A stretch of 64,000 nt of DNA from Acidobacteriota bacterium (lineage in GTDB: Bacteria > Acidobacteriota > Blastocatellia > RBC074), in the NCBI GenBank assembly GCA_016789605.1, contig JAEUQO010000211.1, forward strand, positions 1,798 to 65,797, written 5' to 3'. Shown in pieces: positions 1-7,975 of this stretch; the first letter of the stretch is position 1, and each line of letters begins with the position of its first letter. Both the position numbers and the translations under genes were made by a program. Below the pieces are notes generated by a model that saw only the letters and a program-made list of their open reading frames with translations, made no database searches and was not told the origin of the DNA.

Positions 1-1035
1 TCGTCCGAGCTGGCGATAGAGGCGGGCGAGTTGATATCGTTTGACGGGATCAGTGGGGTCTTTGGCGACGGCGCGCTCTAACGGAGCCAGCGCTTCGGCA
101 TCTTTGCCCTGTTTGGAAAGAATTTTGCTCAGCAAGGAATTGGCTTCACTGGATTGTGGCTGCAATTTGAGAGCTTCATCCAGCGTCAGTTTGGCGGCGT
201 CGAGGTCTCCTTCCGCTTCCTGCAAATACGCCACGAAATACAACGTCGAATAATCGCCAGCGTGACGTTTGCGTTCTTCGCTAAAAGCAGCCAGCGCCTC
301 TTTGTTGCGGCCCAGCTTCAAGTGCGCCATGCCCAGCGCGTAATGCAAGCGCGGCAAATCGGCGTTCAGTTTGGCGGCAGCGTTCAATTCTTCCAGCGCC
401 TGTTCAAATTCCAGATCACGCAAAAACGCCTGGCCTTGCAGCAAATGCAACACCGGCAAACCGGCGGGAAAGGACGCCAACCGCTCCAGCGTCGCGCGAA
501 ACCCGGCTCGTCCCAAGCGCAAATACGCCATTCCCATCTGATACAACACCGCCGGATCAGGCGGCGCAACATCCACGGTCGGTTCCAACTGCTTCAGGGC
601 GTCTTCGTCACGCCCCAACGCGGCCAACGACAATCCATAAAGCTGGCGCGCCTGCACGACATCGGGCCGCTGTTGCAGAAATCGTTCAAAGACTTCGCTG
701 GCTTTTGAAAATTGTCCGGCGCGGTAATGAGCAATGCCCAGATTGAACAAGATCGGTGTCAGTTGCGGAGCCAATTTCAACGCCGCTTCATACGCGGCCA
801 CTGACTCTTCATACTTACCCAGCCGCGCCAGCACGACGCCCAAATTCGCATGGGCTTCGACATAATCCGGTTTGGCAGCCAACGCCGCGCGGTATTCGGC
901 AGCCGCTTCGGTCAGTTTGCCTTGCTGTTGCCATTCAACAGCGCGGTTGAACCTGGCCACAGGATCAGCAGGTTGTTGCGGCGTTTGCCACACAGACAAA
1001 AGCGTTAAACTGAAGATGAGGACAAATTGCGTCAT
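1..1035 (-). CDS. TPR repeat protein, probably secreted; 3' end runs off the left window edge
   Basis: Absent from the ORF track because no stop lies in the window. My translation of the minus strand from ATG (complement of 1033-1035) gives MTQFVLIFSLTLLSVWQTPQQPADPVARFNRAVEWQQQGKLTEAAAEYRAALAAKPDYVEAHANLGVVLARLGKYEES... This is a hydrophobic N-terminus followed by repeated 34-aa TPR-type units. The frame stays open to position 1. Confidence 0.75.
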   Translation of the reverse strand, partial: MTQFVLIFSLTLLSVWQTPQQPADPVARFNRAVEWQQQGKLTEAAAEYRAALAAKPDYVEAHANLGVVLARLGKYEESVAAYEAALKLAPQLTPILFNLGIAHYRAGQFSKASEVFERFLQQRPDVVQARQLYGLSLAALGRDEDALKQLEPTVDVAPPDPAVLYQMGMAYLRLGRAGFRATLERLASFPAGLPVLHLLQGQAFLRDLEFEQALEELNAAAKLNADLPRLHYALGMAHLKLGRNKEALAAFSEERKRHAGDYSTLYFVAYLQEAEGDLDAAKLTLDEALKLQPQSSEANSLLSKILSKQGKDAEALAPLERAVAKDPTDPVKRYQLARLYRQLGR

Positions 1036-1107
1036 GACCAGAAAACATTAGCGCAAGGCGAGACGTTCACCAACCGCGCACAGCGTAGCAATAGCTTGAA
1101 CCCCGTC

Positions 1108-2115
1108 TCAACGTTTCGGAGCAGCAGCGCGTGTGCGCCAGTCTGCTTCCAGCGTTTTCAAATGCGCCGCGTCTGAGGCCTGTGGATTTGCTTTTAAGTA
1201 AGCGCGCAGCTCATCCGCCGCTTCTTTGAATTTCTCTTCCTGGGCGTAAATTTCGCCCAGATAGACGTGCGCGCGCGCAGCACTTTCCGCATTCAACTTC
1301 AGCGCCTGTTGCAAACACTGTTTGGCTTCTTCGCGACGATCGAGCGAGAGGTTGGCATATCCGAGCAGCAACAGCGTCAACGGCACGTTCGGATCAAACG
1401 CAAAAGCGCGCTCCAGGTAGGCCACCGCAGTGGGAAAGTTTTTTCGCTGTAATTCGCAATATCCCGCGCCCAACCAGGCGGGCGCGTATTTGTTATTGAG
1501 TGTCAACGCGCGCGCAAAATCTGCGCCGGCGTCAACCAGTTTGTTTTGCTGCATCAACAGATTGCCGCGTTCCGTCAGCGCCTGAAAATAATCAGGATAC
1601 GCGTCTACGGCTTGGTTGAATTGCGCCAGCGCGTCCTGTGAACGATTCTCTTTTTGCAGTTTTACGCCTTGTTCGTAAGCCTTGCGCGCAGCTTTGGGAA
1701 TGTTTTGTGCGGCTTCTGCCGCGCTCACCGTGCCGGGACGAGCGTCACGCTTTTCGCCGTGCAATGGCAACCGCAAATAGACGTTGATCTGCAACCGATT
1801 GGCAAACGAACGCGTGGTGTCTGATTCGGCAGGTTCTGAAAACTGTTCCGGGACGTCAGGATTGAGGGCGTGCACGCGATACCGCCCGGCGCTCATCCCG
1901 CGAAACTCATAGTTGCCTTCCTGATCGGTGAGCACGTCCCGTTTCAATCCGCTCATCGTTTCGATATAGACCCTAACCCGTGCCGCAGGCTGACCGTTGG
2001 GCAAACTGACGCGCCCAAAAATCAGAAAGCCGCCTTGCCCAAATGCCGCCGGTACAGCCACCACAACGGCCAACAAACAACCAGAAATAGCCAGAGCCCA
2101 AAATGATTTGCGCAT
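1108..2115 (-). CDS. secreted CarboxypepD_reg-like domain + TPR repeat protein
   Basis: ORF 1108..2154. I place the start at the internal ATG (complement of 2113-2115), which gives the signal peptide MRKSFWALAISGCLLAVVVAVPAAFGQ. A beta-sandwich segment follows (GRVSLPNGQPAARVRVYIE...DQEGNYEFRGMSAGRYRV), then TPR units. No obvious SD. Confidence 0.7.
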   Translation of the reverse strand: MRKSFWALAISGCLLAVVVAVPAAFGQGGFLIFGRVSLPNGQPAARVRVYIETMSGLKRDVLTDQEGNYEFRGMSAGRYRVHALNPDVPEQFSEPAESDTTRSFANRLQINVYLRLPLHGEKRDARPGTVSAAEAAQNIPKAARKAYEQGVKLQKENRSQDALAQFNQAVDAYPDYFQALTERGNLLMQQNKLVDAGADFARALTLNNKYAPAWLGAGYCELQRKNFPTAVAYLERAFAFDPNVPLTLLLLGYANLSLDRREEAKQCLQQALKLNAESAARAHVYLGEIYAQEEKFKEAADELRAYLKANPQASDAAHLKTLEADWRTRAAAPKR

Positions 2116-2119
2116 ACAC

Positions 2120-2161
2120 GAAAAGGAAAAACGGGGATCGCAAGGTAATTGCAATCCCCGT
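2120..2161 (-). terminator. rho-independent terminator candidate after the TonB-dependent receptor gene
   Basis: Hairpin acggggatcgcaa/ggtaa/ttgcaatccccgt at 2131-2161, with a 12-bp stem, one mismatch and a 5-nt loop. On the minus strand it is followed by TTTTCCTTTTC (complement of 2120-2130). Confidence 0.55.
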
Positions 2162-2187
2162 GCTGGTTTCAGGTGATTCAGTTCAGC

Positions 2188-5100
2188 TTAGAAGATGATC
2201 TTCACCGCCAACTGCAGATTGCGGTTGCCAGACACATAACCCGGCTGGCCGTTGAATTCACCAACGCCCTGACCAAACTGCGTGTTGCCCGGCGGACGAG
2301 CGCCACCGCGCACGTTCAGGATCGTGCTCGACGAAGCCTGTTGGAATGTGCGGTAATCCGAAAGGAAAGCCGACGCGCCATTGGTCACGGTGAAGCTGGT
2401 GTTCGGGAAGTAGGTCAACCCGGAATTGAAGCCATCAAATTGCGCGTGGTTGAAAACGTTGAACGTTTCCAAACGCAATTGGATATAGCGTTTGCCATCG
2501 CCGCCGAGGCTGACGTTTTTGAACAGCGCCAAGTCGGTGACGTTGATGCCCGGGTTGCGAATGAAAGCACGCGGTTGCGGGCCGGGGTTGAGATTCGGCA
2601 TACGCAACGCCGAGAAATCAAATCCTTTGGCAAACTCAATGCTCGGTTGCGCGTTACCCGAAATCACCGGACGCGGCCCTTCCGTCCAGGAACCGGAAAT
2701 GAACTGGTTCACGTTGATGCCTTGAATGCCAAAACCCAGTTCGCGCGGCGTACCCGACAGGAACTGCGTCACGCCGGTGAGCTGCCAGCCGTTGACCACA
2801 TTGCTGGCCAGCCAGTTTTTCGTCTTGACGGTCGGCAAATCCCAAACATAGTTGAAATTGAGCACGTGCCGACGGTCAAAGCTGAGCGTGCGGTAATCAA
2901 CACAGCGCGAGCAAACGATGTTGATAAATTCGCCTTCGACTGCTGACGCCGTTCCCAGCGCTTTCGAGAAGGTATACGCCATGCCAAAGGTGATGCCCTG
3001 GCGGAAACGACGTTGCACAGTCGCTTGCAACGAATGGTAGTTCGCCGAACCACCGAAGGTTTTCATCTGCACGGTTCCGTATCCGGGGAACGCACGCAGG
3101 AAGTCCGGTTGGAAGGCGAAGCGGCCCGTGAATTTCAACCCGGCGTCGCGGTACAACTGCGGCAGGTTCGGTTCTTCATCCGGCACCACGCCATTGGCAT
3201 AGAACGACGGGTCCTGCGCCGCTTTGGTAAAGAGAGCGCCATACGGAATGGCGTTGAGGTTGATGTCTTCCGGCAGGTGACGCGAGAGCGTGCCCACATA
3301 GTTGACGCTGACCACGGTGTCAAAACCGAGGTCTTGTTGCACGCCAAAGCTGAAGCTTTGCACGTTCGGGATGTAGCCTTCGCGATCGGCGCCGCGCACA
3401 CTGACCGTGCCGAGCGCAATCGAACCAGTGTTCTGCCCAACCGTGGCCAGGTTGCCAAAGTTGAACGTCGGGTTGACGAATGTCGGCGGTTGTTCGACCG
3501 ACGGGAAGATCACGTTGTTGCCAGACACGCGGTCGTAACCGATGCGGTATCCGCCGCGCAACACGGTTTTCTGGTTGCCGAACATGTCATACGCAAACCC
3601 GAAAGCCGGGCCCCATTGAATCCCGCGATTCTTGAAGCCGCCGCGTTCGATGCCTTTTTCCGGTTGGATCATGCCGTTGAAGTTGTCGCCGGAACCAGGA
3701 ACCACACGGTTGATCAGGAAGGCTGGCAACAACACATTCGGGTTGGCCGGGTCCACCGCGTTCGCGCCGTTGTTGGCGCGGCGATAAAGCCGGACAGCTT
3801 TGCTGCGGTCATAACGCGCCGGATCAAAGAACGCGCCTTGTAACCGTTGGTCGAATTGCGGCTGAATCCAGTTCATGCGCAAACCGTAATCCAGCGTCAG
3901 TTTGCGCGTCACTTTCCAGTTGTCTTGCAAATACCATTCGACGTTGGTCGAACGATATTGGCCTTGATAGATGCCGCGCGTCGGTTGGTTCAAGGTGTTG
4001 AACGCACCCAGCAGCGCATCGGCATAGGGGTGACCGGTGTTAGTCGGGCTGGCCAGGTTGGACGTGCCGCCCGGATTGTTGGTCGGGTTGAAAACGATGC
4101 TCATCGAGTTGCCAGCGGCCTGGTCTTTACGGCTGCGCTGGACGTAAATGCCCGCCTTCAGCGTGTGTGCGCCCCAAACCTTGCTGACGTTATCGTAAAA
4201 GTCGAACGTCGTATTCGAGTTCTTGTAGGGGAACTGCGAATACCCGTTCGAGCCGGCGAAGTTCTGGTTGGTCACACCGCCGAAGTTGATGTTGATGAAC
4301 TGCGTCGCCGGATAGGGGAATGGCGTCGCCCAATTGAAACCAAAACCGCTATAGGTCGCCGCGTTGGCATCGGTCGGGTCCAGTGTCAGGTTGTTCTGGC
4401 TGGCGCCAAACACAAATTCGTTGGTCAACGTTGGAGAAAGCGTCGTGGTCAGGTTGTAAGTACCGTTCTAGGCGGGCGCTTGTTTGAAATCGAGCACGTC
4501 CAGCGGAATCTGGTTGTTGCCGCCCGTCCAGCCCAAACCATACGGCAGGAATTGCTGGTCGGCGTCACGGGTATAGCGCACAAACGTGCGCGTGTTTTCG
4601 GTGATGTTGGCGTCCACGCGAATGCTGTATTCGCGACGCGGATAACCGGCGCTGGCTTGCGATTCGTGGTTGAACACGGGCAAGCGCGCGGAGTTATTGG
4701 CAAAGCTGGCAAACTTGCGCAGGATCGCCTGGCCATTCGGGTTGATACGGTTGGTCGGGATGACGTTGTTCGGGAACGGTTGACCGGTCAACGGATCATA
4801 CAGCGTGACGGCCTGGCCGTTGCCATTGACCAATCCGGTGAAAATGCCGTTGACTTCGTTGGCCGTCGGCACGCGCGATTGACGCGCCGCGCCCGGCAAC
4901 AACTGTTCCTGCCATTCGCGCGAAACAAACCAGAAGACTTTTTCGCGCAGCTTTTCGCTGCCCAACGGACCGAAAACGTTTTTCGGCAGCCATACCGGAC
5001 CGCTCAGGTTGAAACCCTGATAGTTGTACCGATAGAAGTTGCGCTGACGGCCTTGCGCGTTGTTGAAAAAGCTGTTGGCGTTGAACTGTTCGTGGCGGTG

Positions 5101-5895
5101 GTAGTAATACCCCGTGCCGTGGAAATCTCTGCCGCCACCTTTGGTGATGACCTTGATGTCGCCACCGGCGGAACGTCCATATTCAGCTTGATAATTTGAG
5201 GTAAGAATCTTGAATTCGGCGATGTTGTCCAGCACCAGGGCAATGTGCTGTGTGCCGTTCGATCCCGTGTCAACGTTGGTCGTGCCGTCAATCGTCAGGT
5301 TGTGCTGATTGGCGCGCGTACCGTTGATGTTGAAGCTGGAAAGTCCACCCGGGCCGGCGGTTTGTGCATTCACAAAGCTGACCACGCCCGGCGTCAGTTT
5401 GACCAGGTCGAGGTAGTTGCGTCCGTTCAATGCCAGGTTGGCTACTTGCTCGCCGCTGATGACCTGACTTTGTTCACCGCTTTCCGTCTTGATGAGCTGT
5501 TGCGCGGCATCCGCCGTGACTTCGACCGTATTGGCGATGTCACCAACTTCCAGCGCAATCACACCGGTTGACTGGCGGTCAGCGACAGCCAGGACGAGAC
5601 CGGTTTTGACGGATTTTTTGAATCCTTGCGCTTCAACCGTTACCGTATAGGTGCCCGGTTGCAACGTGGGAAACGAAAAGTTTCCGTCAGCGCTGGTCTT
5701 GGTTTCGAGTTGAAAATTCTTGCTAGGATCGCTGACAGTCACTTTGGCTCCAATGACAGCGCCGCCATTGGCATCGTGCACGATCCCGCTCAGGCTTGCG
5801 CTGGTTTGGGCGAACGCAGCGACTGCCAACAACAACGCAAGTAATCCTGCGGCCATTGGAGGCACAAAACGCCTGCTCCTTGATTCAAACCACAT
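2188..5895 (-). pseudogene. TonB-dependent receptor (signal peptide + CarboxypepD_reg + plug + beta-barrel) interrupted by one in-frame TAG at 4468-4470
   Basis: ORFs 4468..5895 and 2188..4428 share a frame. The N half has the signal MAAGLLALLLAVAAFAQ, a CarboxypepD_reg segment (GIVHDANGGAVIGAKVTVSD...GTYTVTVEAQGFK) and a plug (NGRNYLDLVKLTPGV...FNINGTRANQHNLTIDGT). The C half is barrel-like and ends AVKIIF. SD GGAGA lies 8 nt before the ATG at 5895. Confidence 0.8.
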
Positions 5896-6210
5896 AGTGA
5901 AGTCTCCGTGTCTGATGGCGTTCCGCCGCAGACGGCGGAACGTTGGGTGTTAATGGAGAGTCAACCGTTTTCCGATAACCGGCAAACGATTACACTGAAA
6001 TTGAATCGGAACGAATTATGCGTATCGAATTTTGAAGGAGTGCGATCTTTTCCCAGCGTTGACTGGCGCAGGTGAGTCAATTGGTGAATATATTTCGGGA
6101 TTTGCGCCAGCGCCGCGCATTATTGGCTGGCATTAAAAAACTGTCAAGTTGTCGGCCCGAACTAATTCAAGATAATCATCCGACCGATCATCGGTTGGAA
6201 AACACCTTTC

Positions 6211-6990
6211 ATGAAATCCAAACCCCAGAAAGAACGCCTCGACAAATTACTGGTCCAACGCGGACTGGCCGAAACGCGCGCCAAAGCACAATCGTTGATC
6301 CTGGCGGGTCAGGTCTTCAGCCAGCAACAACGCCTGGAAAAAGCCGGACAAATGGTGCCCGATGACATTCCGTTATCGCTGAAAGAAACCATGCCGTTTG
6401 TCAGTCGCGGCGGATTGAAACTCGCGGCGGCGCTTGAGCATCTTTCCCTTGAAGTCACAGGCAAACGTTGTTTGGATGTGGGCGCTTCGACAGGAGGATT
6501 TACAGATTGTCTGTTGCAACGCGGCGCAACGCGCGTCGTGGCGCTGGATGTCGGACACGGACAACTGGATTGGAAGCTGCGGCAGGATGCGCGCGTCGAA
6601 GTGCGCGAAAACGTCAATGCCCGTTATTTGACGCCCGCGGATTTTACCGAGCGCTTTGAGCTGGTCGTCGCCGACGTTTCGTTTATTTCGCTGAGCAAAA
6701 TTCTGCCGGTGATTCCGCCGTTGTGCGTGCCCGGCGCGCTTGTCGTGACGCTGATCAAACCGCAATTTGAAGTCGGACGCGCCGAAGTCGGCAAAGGCGG
6801 CATTGTGCGCGATGAAGCCGCGCAGCAGCGAGTCGTCAGCGAAATCATTGCCTGTGCGGCGTCTTTGGGAATGGAATTGTTAGGCGTATTGGATTCGCCG
6901 ATTTTGGGTGCGGATGGCAATCGCGAATTTCTCGCCGGGTTTGTCGTCAAAACGACGGACGCGTCGGCGATTACTTCTTCCGCAAATTGA
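6211..6990 (+). CDS. tlyA: TlyA family rRNA (cytidine-2'-O)-methyltransferase
   Basis: S4-like N-terminus (RLDKLLVQRGLAETRAKAQSLILAGQV), then VSRGGLKL and the FtsJ-type SAM motif LDVGASTGGFTDCLLQRGA..VVALDVGHGQL. Confidence 0.9.
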   Translation: MKSKPQKERLDKLLVQRGLAETRAKAQSLILAGQVFSQQQRLEKAGQMVPDDIPLSLKETMPFVSRGGLKLAAALEHLSLEVTGKRCLDVGASTGGFTDCLLQRGATRVVALDVGHGQLDWKLRQDARVEVRENVNARYLTPADFTERFELVVADVSFISLSKILPVIPPLCVPGALVVTLIKPQFEVGRAEVGKGGIVRDEAAQQRVVSEIIACAASLGMELLGVLDSPILGADGNREFLAGFVVKTTDASAITSSAN

Positions 6991-7966
6991 GCTGGTTGGC
7001 ATATTGCACGCGCGGCAGGCTTTCTCCGGCGCTGTCTTGCGCCGTCACGCGCAATTTCAGTGTGCGACGTTTGACGTTGGGCGGTTCGATACCCAAAAAA
7101 TAGGTGCTCTGAATGCGCTCGAAAATCGCCTGGGTCGCGGTCGGAATTTCATTTTGTGTGCGGCAAAACATGGCAATGCCACCCGACGCAGCGGCAATGC
7201 GCTCCAACCCACTTTGATAGGCCAGGTTCAGCGTATCACTGCGATAAGACAAATGCAGTATGAACAGCGGAATCGTGTAGCCCGCCAATTCTTCTCCCAG
7301 GCGGCTCATGCGTTCTTGCACGGCACGATCTGAAAACCGGCGGCTTAGGTCGCCAGAATCGCTGGCATTGATGACCGGGTTTAGATAATCCGCCCGATAA
7401 TTTCCGATGCCGCTATCGGTCACATAAAAGATACAGACGCGCACACCGGCTTTTTGCATCATCCCGGTCGCCAGTTTCGACACTGGTTCGAGCGTATCCA
7501 GCAAACCTGCCTTGCCATTCACTTTTACCGTTTGAATTTTTTCGCGGATCAACGCGCGTTGCGGTGTGGGTTCCTGCAAGACGGCCAACCCGTCTTGCGC
7601 CTGCATCACGGCCAGCCAATGGTTTTCGGCCAAACCATCCAGCGCACTGTCGAGCGCGGTGCGCGCCTGTTCGACCACCGCCAAATCCGCCACGGTATCA
7701 AACACCAGCAAAATGATGGTGGGCGTGCGCGGCCCCTGAAAACTTTTGAGCGGGACTTCTTTTTCTTCGACAAACACCTTGAACGAATCGCGCTTGCCGT
7801 CACGCCAAAACTGCTCATCCGCGTCGGTCACTGCCACGGGCAATTTGAGCAAGGTTTTGGGCGCTGCCGGTTCGGCTTTCTCTTTCTGCCCCTGACCTGA
7901 AACCACCCACACGGGCCATAAACTGAGGCTCAGCCACAAAGCGATAAAAATGCGTTTCGTTTGCAT
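6971..7966 (-). CDS. secreted VWFA-related (acidobacterial-type) domain protein
   Basis: Signal peptide MQTKRIFIALWLSLSLWPVWVVSG. The body resembles the VWFA-related Acidobacterial domain family as I recall it (..IILLVFDTVADL.., ..CIFYVTDSG..). It starts 9 bp after the stop of the upstream barrel gene. Family assignment is from memory and was not searched. Confidence 0.6.
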   Translation of the reverse strand: MQTKRIFIALWLSLSLWPVWVVSGQGQKEKAEPAAPKTLLKLPVAVTDADEQFWRDGKRDSFKVFVEEKEVPLKSFQGPRTPTIILLVFDTVADLAVVEQARTALDSALDGLAENHWLAVMQAQDGLAVLQEPTPQRALIREKIQTVKVNGKAGLLDTLEPVSKLATGMMQKAGVRVCIFYVTDSGIGNYRADYLNPVINASDSGDLSRRFSDRAVQERMSRLGEELAGYTIPLFILHLSYRSDTLNLAYQSGLERIAAASGGIAMFCRTQNEIPTATQAIFERIQSTYFLGIEPPNVKRRTLKLRVTAQDSAGESLPRVQYANQLNLRKK

Positions 7967-7975
7967 GTTGAGAAC

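Noticed and set aside
3847-5199. 450-aa plus-strand ORF. Similar long antisense ORFs occur at 2149..2946, 3013..3843, 12031..12690, 14854..15834, 20061..21143, 36908..38065, 39312..40469 and 52510..53598.
   Set aside because: Each lies exactly opposite a CDS with clear family motifs. Their translations are Arg/Ala/Gly/Val-rich low-complexity strings with no recognisable motifs and no RBS. These are typical shadow ORFs of GC-rich genes.
5896-6210. Possible riboswitch or attenuator upstream of the TonB-dependent receptor: perfect 8-bp hairpin ttccgccg-caga-cggcggaa at 5921-5940, 25-45 nt before the start codon.
   Set aside because: It is a single short hairpin, and I could recognise no conserved riboswitch core (for example cobalamin or TPP boxes). 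It may simply be a 5'-UTR structure, which Rfam or covariation data could confirm.
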